From positions 87,854,001-87,918,000 of the forward strand of contig OX597815.1 in NCBI GenBank assembly GCA_951406725.2: a stretch of DNA of 64,000 nt, in the 5' to 3' direction. The notes beneath the pieces were generated by a model. The model made no database searches. It had not been told where the DNA came from and saw nothing but the letters and a program-made list of their open reading frames with translations. This DNA is from Octopus vulgaris (taxonomy: Eukaryota). Shown piece by piece: positions 27,231-39,999 of this stretch; the first letter of the stretch is position 1, and the number at the start of each line of letters is the position of its first letter. The translations under genes and the position numbers were made by a program.

Positions 27231-28918
27231 ATATGATATAACGTAATATGTCTATAACTTCTGATTCTTTTACTTGGTTTTTGTCATTGAGTTGCGGCTA
27301 GGCTGGGGCACTGCCTTGAGCGGTTTAATCGGTCAAATTGATTTCATAATTTATTTGTATCATTCAATTTATTTGTATCATTCAATTTTTATCGAGCCGC
27401 TTAATTAAAGAAAATAAACAAACCAACACACCCTCATATATACACATCAAATCGCAACGTTTATGAAGCAAACTAAATTATATAACAAACAGATTCATCA
27501 TTCTCAACGATTGAATTAGTAACCCGAATTTTTAAAACACAATTTGCGTCGTAAGTTGACCTTATGTTGTTTTACTGCCAATTTTTGTAACGTAAGTTCT
27601 TTCTCTAAAGACATTTACAGCTTTGAGCAGGCGGTAATTGAATTAGATCTTTCAGTGCATTTTGTTACTTTCTGTATATCCTGCAGGATATTTTTGGTGC
27701 TACTGTTGGTCTCTGCTATTTGCTTTCGCTTAGTTCAGGAGGAAAGGCAGGGCTCTTGCTCTTGTATAGAATCTCCGGAAATGGTGACAAGGAGACGAGG
27801 AAAGTATTCTCGAACTGGAGAATGCTTACAACAGAGTGGAGGCACCTAAATAGTATCCCAAAACTAAGTGATAGCCTTAGAAAACCATGGCAGGAATTGT
27901 ACTCACTAAACAAAGAACCCGAATAAATCTGCAAGGCAGTCTTCTCGATATTCTAACTATTTTGTCATTCTAAGGCGGTCTGTTAGACTAGGAAAGATTT
28001 TGTCGGCCCCAGAGGACGAAAGGCAATGTTGACTTCAGTTGGATTTGAACTCTAGCTCAGAAGCTAGAATAAATTCCGCAAGACGCTTCATCCAATGCTC
28101 CAATGATTGAGGTAACATGATTTGGTTTCACTAGTAAGCTTTTTGCTAGAAACACACTAGCATCGTATCCAATACTTTAATGATTGCCTATACGTGTTTT
28201 AATGTAAGACTCAAAAGGAACATAAATGGAGCCTATTTAACCGGTCTAGGTGCATCGGCGAAGAAAAAGACACTTTTCTTTAACCAGCAAGTATTAAAAA
28301 AATAAAGATTAAATTGTTCAGCTCCTCCAAACCCATTTTACTGTTGAAGTTATTTTGCTCGACAAATGGATATCGAGTATGCACTGAGGTCACTTCAATT
28401 AATTAAATAAAGCTTTACATACAAATCTTACATACAAATCTTACATACGAGAACTTATGCATTAAAGTATGAAGCTTATAAAACTGAAAAAAAAAAAGTC
28501 TGATTAAGGATTTTAAGGGAACAATATTTTCAGAAAAGTCATGCAACTTAACAACTTTTACTTAAAGATCTAATTGAAAATTCGTAGAGGCAAAAACTGA
28601 CTTGACACAGTATCGTACGGAGTTAATAGAATATTAACTTTTAAGAAACGTTCGGATGTTCTCATAATTTGATGAAATAGTTATAAAAATTCTTTAGCTA
28701 TTACATGATCTTTGGCACCCTTCTCCATCTGTTGCGTAGAAGATGATACGTTTGTTTTTGGTTGGCAACTCCCAGAGACTTCCCTCAGCTAAAAATCTTT
28801 TCAAAAACTCTTGCAGCGTAGGTGTGGACATGAGCTCATTCTAAACAGTTGTAAGCTTATATGCTTCATATCCTTCTTTGCCTTCTATATGACTATCTGT
28901 GAATATGTGTGTCTATAT

Positions 28919-28997
<79 letters not shown>

Positions 28998-29489
28998 CAT
29001 ACATACATACATACATACATACATACATACATACACAAACACACATATAATGCATCTATCATTGCATGTATGTATGTCTGAATGAGTCAATATACTAATG
29101 CATTTCCCAGCGTTTAGGGTGTGTTGTGTGCTGTGGGATCATCGTACGACAACAGACGTATTCAGGTGGTGCTAATGAAGACAGCCTACACACAGGAAAC
29201 ACCAACAACGTAAGAATGACAATGTTAACATAGTATTCGTAACATTAATTTTAGTCGGGCGCTTTAAAATAATACATACATTTTACATGCATTTTACATA
29301 TATTTTCATATATCCTCACATATACTTTACAATACACACAAATACATAATTACATCTATGCATTCATCTCTATATAATAAATGTTTTTATAGTGCTTCGT
29401 ATATTGCAAGTCTTTGCTGCCGAAAAATGTCGACAAACACAATAGCATGAACCACCGACCTCAGCTGATCCAGCCACCAATGTTAGAAT

Positions 29490-29520
29490 TAATAATAATA
29501 ATAACAACAACAACAACAAC

Positions 29521-29603
<83 letters not shown>

Positions 29604-29664
29604 TAATAATGATAATAATAATAATAATAATAACAGCAACAACAACAACAACAACAACAATAAC

Positions 29665-29746
<82 letters not shown>

Positions 29747-29797
29747 CGATGATGACGATGACGTCGTCAACAACGACGACGACGACGATGATGATGT
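29490..29797. repeat. (AAT/AAC)n tract switching to (TTA)n, then (GAC/GAT)n
   Basis: Direct observation. The strand switch is at about 29700. Confidence 0.95.
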
Positions 29798-31104
29798 TGG
29801 TATTCCTCATGAATAATAATATTGTATTATTGTTGTTACGTTGCTCTCGATTTCCTTGTTTTTTGTTTTCATTTTCAATTATGATATTCGCTTGACTACT
29901 TCCGTCCTGCCTTTCACATAAACAATAATATTTGTCTTTCAGCTGAAGCCTACGTTAAATCTTGTAATTAAATTACTAAGAAATCCTCCATCGTTACTAC
30001 AGTCACCCTCAGGCCAAAAAAGAAGTTACAACACCAACACAAACAACAACATAAACAAAGGGACATCAAACACAGTTGCTTGACCTGCTAGATATAACAA
30101 CTAAGTCTCTCTCTCAACTCGCTCCTCTTTGTCTTAAATACAATAAGGAATTATTGGGTAATGTAGTTCTATACAACCCTCCCGCCACCACCACCACCAC
30201 CAAAAAAAAAAAAGGAGAGATGATCATGACCGAGCCGTCTTTGATCATAGACCTGTTCAATCAGGCTTGACTTGGTGCTAAACAACAACAGCGAGAGCCT
30301 ACGAAGCGGCCTCTACATTTGTCATGGGAAAACTACGGCACACGGGACTTTTTGAACAGTACGCTTAACAAAAAATTACCTGACGGTGATCCATGTCTCA
30401 TGCGGCCCGCTTCTCGAAAACGGTTGGCCATGCCAGCTCTGTGTGGTCACTCAATCTGCTAGAAATAATGACAAAGTTTTCTGTAAGATAATATACTACT
30501 ACCGTTAAAAAAAGGGAAGGTTACATTTAGATAATGTAGTTCCTGGATACTTTTAGGCGGCCGGGATGGTAAATTATAGGTCTGCTGGATCATTGTTGAT
30601 TTGGGGCTAAATGACAATAGAAATGACGATGTTGAACAATGTTTTTATGCGACGACGACGACGACGATGATGATGATGACGTCTCCGTTCACACAAAGAA
30701 CACCGGGCGATAAGTGTACTCTAAGAGGTACTGTTCTGAGCCATACTGCACTCTTCTTCCCAGGTGTCACCCATCTCGGTCAAGTATTCCCACACAGTTC
30801 TTTGCCACGTCTTCACCGGCCTGCCGCTCTTTCTCCTTCTTTCTTCTAATATCCACAAGATCGTGGTCCCTTCTGGTCTTTCCTAACGATAAGAACAATT
30901 GTTAACTCTGCTATAACCTGTTACAAACCTGGGTGAGAAAGGAGGTGGGTGGAGCGCAAGGTTAGCAGCCTTGTCTCCATAAAAAAAAACCCCAAACACT
31001 ACAGAAACGATAAGAGGTAAGTAATCATTTCGGCAAAATATGGCAGTTTGGATTAGTGTGCCTAAATCCAGTAATCCATTAATGCTTCAAGGCCTTGGTT
31101 TCGT

Positions 31105-33355
31105 AAGCTGAATAATATAAAAGTAGCACTAGCATGTTGATCATACACTTTGCAGTACGCCGCAAATGATCGTAGAAATATTGTTAAAAATCACCAACGC
31201 AATTATAAAAATTATTCATTAACCGTTGAATAATATTAAATCCAATGTTGATGATTTTATCACTACTATTCCTGTGATTCCTCGAGATCTAGAGCATATT
31301 TTCAGAGAAATTCCATCAATTGAGGTAACTTTGGCACCCGGAGATAACTTTGACAGAAGGAATAGGGTGGCCTATACCCTCTTAAAGGAACATGCTTGAC
31401 CTCCTCCTTCTGCCCCTGCCCCTGTCCCTGTCCCACCACCACCCAAACCGAGTAATACCATCAATTGAGGCAAATTTGGCACCCGGAGGTAAGTTTTGTA
31501 AGAGGAATAGAGAGGCCTACCTTCTCCCGCAAAGATCAGTCCGACCTCCACTTCATCTCCCAGCCAAAACCCTTTCTATTGAGTAATATTGTCGAATGAA
31601 GTAACTTTGGCAACCTGGGCCGCCTACACTGAATGTGAGGGCCAGATCTCTCCTTTCGAACACATGAACAGTTTCGAAACGTTGTTTACAAAATAACAGC
31701 AGATCATTTGCGAAGGAGCATGTCTACAGTCAACACTTAGGATTTTTGCTCTGGTAACTTTTCCTACTATGTATCATACTACGATGTATAAAACAGGGAA
31801 TGACATGATATGCGTGCATCATTTTACACGTTAATTAAAATGTAACAAAAGATTTATTTTATGTTGCTCATTTATTATTTTATTCGTGTCAGATCATGAC
31901 ACCAAAACGGAAGTCGTCAATTGAGAGAAAAACAAGAAATGCTGCTTCTACCAGTAGGACTCGGTCGGACGAAGCGTACAGACAAGCCGAACAAGAAAGC
32001 GATATAAAAGTACAGAGCGCAAAGCGCCAAAATATATGAGAGACTCTGAGCAACAAAGAAATACCTCAGCACGTCGATCACGTACGCTAAATCCGGCTGT
32101 CAGGTCAGAGATGCAGATCAAGAAGAAAATACCACAGCACGTCGATCAAGTAAGCTAAATCCGGCTGTCGGAGAACAATACCGCAGCACGTCGATCAAGG
32201 AGAAGCTATCCTACAGTTAGAGCTACCGAACAAACCTATTACACTCGAGCGCGACTGCGAGCTAGGCAAGCGCAATTGCAAGTCGAAGATGATGAGTCAC
32301 AAAATATTTCCCTCACGGATAGTGAAATCGATGAAATGATCACAGATTATAACTTAATTGCAGTGCAAGATGATTTTGACGAAAATAAGATCCCAGTATC
32401 ACACCGGTCTCGCATTGCAAAGCGAAGCATTGGCCTGCTGAACCAATTTCCCTATGCTGTAAAAAGGGGAGTGTTAAAGTTGAGCCTATTCCGAATTTAT
32501 CAGAGGATATTCTGAAATTATGGGGCGATAGCAAATTTATAACAAAAATTCGATCATACAACAATGCACTTGCATTTGCTTCAGTTGGATGCAAAATTGA
32601 TACTTCGTCAAGTGGATTTAATCCAACATTCAAAATACAAGGTAAGGGCCAGACTTTGGATCGCGTCGGTGTGTTTCTGCCCTCTCTCATGTTCACGCAC
32701 GGCCAGCTGTATGTCGCGATGAGTAGGGCAACGGATTCAGCTAATTTGAAATTTAGTTGTGGACAAACGGAGAATATTGTTTACAAAGAGGTTTTGTAAA
32801 GATGGCACCATGAATGTGTTATGCAATTGTTTACATATATATTGTTCAATAAGATACACTATATAGTTTGGCACTATCAAATATAATGAATAAAAATAAG
32901 TGTGAAAAGTCTGGCTGCATCCGAAAAAATATATATTATGAAACAAAAATAAACACAAAATTTATTACACGAATCTGTTACCACCACGACAGTCAACTAT
33001 TTGACGCCGAACACAAGTTTGATGCTGAATACATCCACGAATTTTTCGCTCAGATAGCTCTTCCCAAGACTGCTGATAGCGTAGAAGCATTGCCAGTCTA
33101 TCTATCTCACTAATTTGTTCACCTCGCCTGCGAGCCATCTAAAGTTAATAATGATTCTGCTAATTCCACGTGTAAACATGTGTTGAATAGAACTCACTGA
33201 ATAAATCTTAATTAACTGTGTTGTCAATTGTATGCAACTGACATATGCTAACGTGTATGCAGCCAGACTTTTCACACAGAGGATACATTACAACTTAAAT
33301 TGTCTCGATTTGCACCCTGCTCTCATCACCCATCGTAGATGGGTAAGTTTGCTAG
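31105..33355 (+). mobile_element. Non-autonomous Helitron with internally deleted RepHel
   Basis: KIRSYNNALAFASVG...TFKIQG (N-terminal RepHel region) fused to GQTLDRVGVFL..FTHGQLYVAMSR..TENIVYKEVL* (helicase C-terminus). 3' hairpin acccatc-gta-gatgggt (33328-33344), then CTAG|T at 33352-33356. The 5' boundary is approximate. Confidence 0.9.
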
Positions 33356-33599
33356 TATAACGTAATTTTTAAACAAGTGTTACAAAAAAATGGATTTTGA
33401 AAATTAATTTGTACTATGAGTAAGGACTGTATGTTTGATGCATGTAGTGGTTAAATGTAATTGTCGGTGAATCTAAGACTGGTTCAAGGGGTAACATGAC
33501 ATTCTTTTCATTGACTTTTGCAGGAATTTATTACAACGTTAATCCAATTCATTTTTGTCTATCTTAATTTCGAATATATGTAAATACCAGTAAGTTGAA

Positions 33600-35065
33600 T
33601 AAAGTCCAGTGACGGTGCGTGGTTGGTGGGGTCCCTGTATCCATCACTCCATTTTTTCCTCATTTCCACCCATTCATTACATATTATACATTCAGTTTTT
33701 TTTTTATCCCTCGCCCGCATTGTTTGTCTGTCCTCTATTGTCCATTCTATCAGGTCATCCCATAAGTTCTGTCCGAATTTTTAAATAAAGAAAACAAGTG
33801 ATCAAATGTTATATTTAATTAAAATTTAATCATCAATGTACTTTCCTTGATTATCTATGACTTCCATTCAATCTATTTATAAGCTTTTTAATCCCATCAA
33901 TGTAAAGCTCTTTTGGTTTCAAAGCGAAGAACTCTGAAATGTCAGTTTCGACCTCCTCCTCCTGGCTTGCGAAAGTTATGTCCCCCAAATGATTCTGTAA
34001 GCTACGAAACAAATGGTAGTCTGAAGGAGCAAGGTCGGGAGAATAAGATGGATGAGGAATTTTTTTCCCAACCAAGCTCTTCCATCTTCTGTGATGTGAT
34101 CTTTGCAGTGTGGGGACACGCATTATCCTGATGAAACATCTCTCCTTTTCGATTAATTAAAACGGGTCAAAGCTTGGCTCAAACGCTCTAATTGCTGACA
34201 GTAGACTTGAGTATTGATTATTGCATTAGGTGGTAACAATTCAAAGTGAATTACTCCTTTGCAATCCCACCAGATAGAGAGAAGAAGCTTTTTCCCATGA
34301 AATTCCCTTCTCAGTTGTGGTTGAGCTTTTTCCCTTTTACCAAGCCACTGTTTACGACGTTAACATTTCGATTGAAGATCCATTTTTCGTCACCAGTCAC
34401 AAGTCTATTCAAAAAGGGTGAAATGAGTTTGTGAGAATGGAGAGAAGAGCAGATGTTAACTCGGGATTTGCGGTTGCTTTCGGACAATTCATGAGGCATC
34501 CCTTTTCCAAGTTTAGGAACCTTTCCAAGTTGTTGAAGATGACAATGAACAGTTGTATGGTTTGAACTAAGCTTTATTGTCAATTCTTCAACTGATAATG
34601 CAGGATTTTCTTCAAGTAATGTCTCAAAGAGCTTATCATCAAACTCAACTGGACATCCTGTTCGATCTTCATCTTCAAGGCTGAAATCTCCACTTCTGAA
34701 TTTTGCAAACCATCTTCTGCAAATTCTTTCATTCAAGCGTTCTTTCCCGTAAACTGAGTGTATGTTTCGGATCGCTTCGGCTGCAGAGTTTCCTTTTTTG
34801 TACTCTTAAAGCATTATGTGCCTCAAATGCTCTTTGGATACTTCCATGTTAGAAAGGGCTTTAATCAAAGAAATTTTAAATTTATTATTGTGTAAAATGA
34901 TATTTAATTAGTTTAAATGTACACAAATGCATAAAAATAATTCTTAATTCCATTAGACATTCTAAATGCTATTAAATTTCATTCAATTTTAAAAAAGGTA
35001 AAATCGGACAGAACTTACGGGATGACCTGATATATCTTAGCCTTTATGGCGAATAAAGAAAGAAA
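33600..35065 (+). mobile_element. L1/Tx1-like LINE 3' tail split by the mariner insertion
   Basis: ttgtctgtcctctattgtccattcTA[mariner]TAtatcttagcctttatggcgaataaagaa aligns with the tail at 37250-37305. Confidence 0.7.
33750..35030 (-). mobile_element. Mariner (DD34D) transposon, full span, frameshifted transposase
   Basis: TA-flanked TIRs tcaggtcatcccataagttctgtccga / tcggacagaacttacgggatgacctga; WFAKFRSGDFSLED, TGDEKW, FHQDNA and YSPDLAPSDYHLFRSLQN motifs. Confidence 0.96.
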
Positions 35066-35078
35066 TTTCTTGCCGAAC

Positions 35079-37302
35079 GGACGTGTTTTCTTACGTTCGT
35101 AAGTTTTGCTTTTTTTTTGTTACACAGACGAGTATACTTTTATTTTGAACATTTGGAGTCAATTAAACTGAACCTGCTTGGCGGATGAAGTTTTTTTACT
35201 AAACAAAATTCACCCTTCATGGGGAATTTCATAATGTATTGTCTTAGCACATACTTGTTTACGTTTTTCAAACATGGCCTCCAGTCATGAAGAGGGCTAC
35301 GCCCCCCACCCCACACCCAACTGAAGTTTACGAAGTAACCTTTCCTTCCCTCCCGCATTACGAAAAGGAGGTGGGGAATGGAGGATTTGCAGTCGAAAGC
35401 ACACAAACATTTTCCAAGGCTACCACAACCAGGAAAACAACTGTAAATCTCAAAGAAAAAATTATTAAACCTAACAGTCGCAGTTTCACAGCTGTAGCAA
35501 AAGTACAACAAGAGCAATTAAAAATAAATGTTAAAGATTTGAAAATGTTCCAAAACCTAATTCAGAAAAACGGCACAATTGTCTCTTTAACGCCCCCTAG
35601 TGAAATCTCACAGCGCACCTTGCGATGAACTCTAATTTATAAAACCCTATCACTAAAAGGCAAAAAAATTGACCATACACCAAAGGTACTTATCGAAAAG
35701 TGTTTGCAGCCCATCTGGAATAAAATTAAATGCGTGGCTAGAGGGAAAAGATATGGTACCGTGGAAAGAAGTTTCAACTCGGAAGACGAAGCCAGACTAC
35801 TCGCAACAATGCCCCTAAAAACGGACAAACTAGTGCTCTTTCCAACGTACCTCGGATAGCTATTATCAAAAATAAAGATTGGGGAAGTGCCCTCTGATAT
35901 TCACATCCTTTGGGTGGTGGCAGCCGTCTTGCTTGATATCTATACTACAGATAAACAAACTACACCAACAAAAGTAGTGGGGACAAGGTTTAGAACTTTT
36001 AATCCAGGCAAATCAGCAGGCCCTTGAAAGTATTCTGGGCATCATTCACTTGCCTGAAGGAGCAAAGTTACACGTATCGGTGGGTGTACGCAAACCGAGA
36101 TGCTATCTCTGAGGGCAGAGGGACCACCCCACGAGAAACACCCCACTCCAGCAAAGGAGACTTCACAACAGCACCTACAGCAGCAAACACAGACTGCATC
36201 AAAATTAACCTCGCCACCACCCAAAGCAGCAACGACTGCAGTGTGTGCAGAGAAAACATCAACAGCTACAAAGACGGAAACGATGATCACCACAGAAGCA
36301 GCAACAGTAGAGGTAGCAGCAGCATCACCCACATTGAAAGGGATGCCATTTGCAGCAGCAGCCAAAGATATCCGAAAATGCAACACTAAGAACAGTACTG
36401 AATCGACAACAGCAGCACGAAAGGGAGAAACCACTTGGACAAACAACAACCCACCTGATCTACCTCTTCCCAAGACTGACTTAGAAACCGCCACAGAAGC
36501 AAGCAAAGAGTGGTGGGGAATCCCCGAAAGGAAAAAACGCAAATACCATCACAGCTTCTCCCCAAAACACAGACACATGACTATCAACTGCATCATCCAC
36601 AGTACCAACACCACCAATACCACTACCAGCACCACACGCCATACAAAAACAACCGTCAAAAACAACAGTAAATGTCACTGCAATCAATGCAAACAATGAA
36701 CCCCTAATGAAATACATACATCAAAATACCAACATCACACCAAAAGATTTTCTGTGCACTCTTCCTAACGCTCCCTCTCACATACAAATACTCAATGTAT
36801 CTAACACAACCTTCAGTGACTTAAGAGAAAACCACCCTAATGCAGTGGGTAGGCTCCAACGAACAATAAGGAAAAGTATATAGAAAAACCTGGTCGTGGA
36901 AGCTCCCACAGTCACCCAGAAAGTAAGAAAAGTCTCTCACCTTCCCCGCAACCCCAAAAGTAAGTAGTGCTTCACTTTTCTGGTTTTGCTCAAGTTACGC
37001 TGCTTAAATGTGCGTGGCCTGGGATCGTTTTGGAAGCAAGGACGCTTTCTCAACGACCTCAGGTCACTGGATTTGGACGTGAAAAATGGGTAGCGGTAAG
37101 GTTGTCTTGTGGCTTGTAGGGTTTCCGCTACCAACTCAGAATACTCCCCCTTTTGTGTACCACTGTTGTTTTGTATGTTTACACTTGCAATTTTTAGCTG
37201 TTTACCTTTGTTAAAACTGCGTACACACTTTTTATGTATGACACTACCTTGTCTGTCCTGTATCGTCCCTCCATGTCAAGCCTTAGTGACTAATAAAGAA
37301 GT
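35079..37302 (+). mobile_element. L1/Tx1-like LINE derivative: ORF1, start of ORF2 and 3' UTR
   Basis: Disrupted ORF1 from 35287 (..VARGKRYGTVERSFNSEDEA..LVLFPTYLG..KIKIGEVP) with a Thr/Ala-rich tail. APE endonuclease start LNVRGLGSFWKQGRFLNDLRSLDLDV at about 36990-37080 joins directly to a T-rich 3' UTR ending aataaagaa. Confidence 0.7.
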
Positions 37303-37604
37303 AAATTTCTTACCGAACAACCACACAGATGATTTGTTAATAGTGATCAAATGTTTGTGTAGACATAAGCTCACTCCTTCCATCAGATTGACATTATCTG
37401 TACAGGTGCAACGGGTACTACATGTGAGATGTGGAAATGATCGCAGAGTAACGTGAAATGAAATGTTTTGCCTAAGAACACGACGCAACGCCCGGTCTGG
37501 GAATCGAATCCACAATCTCGCAATCGTGCGTGCAACACCTTAACCACTAAGCCATGCGCCTTCACACACACGCACGCACACACACACAGACACAGACACA
37601 CACA

Positions 37605-37656
<52 letters not shown>

Positions 37657-38044
37657 CAAATAGTTTAAAACTCACAAAGCTCTGACAAGAAAACTGGTTA
37701 ACATAATCGTTTGGCACAATCAGCGTGACACCATGTAACAATGACTTTGCTTGCAGATTCATTGTTGCCTGCCTTTTAAACCATCACCTATTTAATTTGA
37801 GTGGTGGGAATCTGAAAAGGCTGGTGGGGATCTGAAGAAGATGGTAAGAATTTGAAGGAAGGGTCTGCCCATGTATTCATGCATATCCGGGACTGTTCGC
37901 AATTAAATGTACAGTAAGAATGTTGAAGGCATAATACAAAAAGTAGAATATAGTGTATAGGACAGACATCGGTAATCTTCGTCGAGAAGCAGGCCGCAGT
38001 AGACATGGCTTGTCGTCTAGCGGGTCGTACTATTAATAATAATA

Positions 38045-38387
38045 ATAAAGGTAAAGACCCCCTTCGGTCATGAATGACCATGGGATTGCACCTAGAAAGT
38101 TACCCTCCTAGACACAAGTCCGGGCAAGGTTGTTTATAGAAGACCAGCAGTTGCCCATGCATACCGGCCTCCCCTCTCCACGCCACCAGTGTTATCCAAG
38201 GGAAAGACAGGTCGCTACAGCTTGGCACCAGTGACGTCGCAACTCATTCATACAGCTGAGTGAACTGGAGCAACGTGAAATAAAGTGCTTTGCTCAAGAA
38301 CACAACACGCAGCCCGGTCCGGGATTCGAGCTCACAACCTCACGATCATAAGCTCGATGCTCTAACCTCTGAGCCATGCGCCTTCAC
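38045..38387 (-). mobile_element. SINE family C, young copy inserted in (TAA)n
   Basis: tRNA-like head gaaggcgcatggctcagaggttagagc...gagctcgaatccc and CORE-like gtgttgtgttcttgagcaaagcactt; TAA repeats on both sides. Confidence 0.88.
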
Positions 38388-38431
<44 letters not shown>

Positions 38432-39417
38432 AGGGAATTTTTCGTAACGTGTGACCTTCAGAAAGTCCCGCGAACCGCAGGTTGCCCATTACTCGTATAG
38501 GATATTGCATACTGATCATAGGATATTTGGTATTAAACTTAAGTGGATGTAAAAGTTCAGTATCTAAAGGTTTTGGTTGTTGTAACCAGTTCAGAAAATA
38601 GAATTACCAAAAAACACTCGCATTTACACGAATCACATTTACCAGGGAGAGTTGTCATACGATATTGTTCTGATGGTGGAAAAGAGTCCTTTAAGAACGT
38701 TGACGGAAGACAAGTGTTACACGTACTAGATTTTTCTTTTGTCTCTAACATAAATGTATGAAAAATGTCACGGCTCTTTTATTCTTTTGCTTGTTTCAGT
38801 CATTTGACTGCGGTCATGCTGGAGCACCGCCTTTAGTCGAGCAACTCGTCCCCAGGACTTATTCTGTGTAAGCTTAGTACTTATTCTATCGGTCTCTTTT
38901 GCCGAACTGCTAAGTTACGGGGACATAAACACACCAGCATAGGTTGTCAAGCGATGTTGGGGTGACAAACAGACACAAACAAACACATAAACACAAACAC
39001 ACACACACACACATATATATACATACGACAGGCTTCTTTCAGTTTCCGTCTACCAAGTTGGTAAACAAGCTACTTACCAGACAGCCACTCCTGCGCCTAT
39101 GTTAAACTATATGATCTGAATCCCTCACCGTCACATTCCATATCTATCTTTTACTTTTAACCGTTTACTTATTTCAGTTATTAGTTCTCGGCCATGCTGG
39201 AGCATTGCCTTAAGGAATTTTAGTCGAACGAATCGACTGCTTTAATCATTTATGATTAATTAAAATTTTCAGCGTGTTCCCGCCGACTATTTTGTTTTTA
39301 AACCAGATTCAGTCATTTAGAAAATAATAGTTAGGGCGTGCTTTTAATTAATTAAATTTCTTAGCTTACTACATCAATTATCCTTGCGCCCATCTATGTA
39401 TGTGTATGTGCGCGGCG

Positions 39418-39498
<81 letters not shown>

Positions 39499-39744
39499 GT
39501 GTACATACACAAATACTTATACTTTACATGTGCAAAAAATGTATGTGCAAAAATCATGTCCAAAAAATGTCTAAGATTCTTCATTTTCAGAAAATAATTT
39601 AAACCTCTCAAGATATCTCTAGCCAAAGTAAAAGTAAATAAGAGAGCGGTGAACCTGGTTATTAACATTCCCGTCTATTTATCTAGCTATGTTACATTTT
39701 CTGTGTGACATCTTTATTTCTCTAGGCTCGGTTTCTTTGCATCT

Positions 39745-39999
39745 CTAGGCGGCGAGCTGGCAGAAACGTTAGCACGCTGGGCGAAATGCGTAGCTGTATT
39801 TCGTCTGCCGTTACGTTCTGAGTTCAAATTCCGCCGAGGTCGACTTTGCCTTTCATCCTTTCGGGGTCGATTAAACAAGTACCAGTTACGCACTGGGGTC
39901 GATATAATCGACTTAATCCGTTTGTCTGTCCTTGTTTGTCCTCTCTGTGTTTAGCCCCTTGTGGGTAGTAAAGAAATAAATATTTGTAATAAAGAAATT
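39745..39999 (+). mobile_element. SINE family A, complete, with 15-bp TSD
   Basis: ggtttctttgcatct at 39730-39744 and 40000-40014; A-box-like tggcagaaacgttag and B-box-like gagttcaaattcc. Confidence 0.92.

Noticed and set aside
27544-27934. Overlapping ORFs after a cctgcAG acceptor
   Set aside because: No homology recognised; may be decayed TE.
31313-31612. Three spaced repeats (aattgaggtaactttggcacc) resembling a CRISPR array
   Set aside because: Degenerate units of about 140 bp with related spacers inside a Helitron; eukaryotic context, no cas genes.
36024-36717. 199-aa Thr/Ala-rich ORF as a mucin-like host gene
   Set aside because: Lies between the ORF1 core and the endonuclease start of a LINE derivative.
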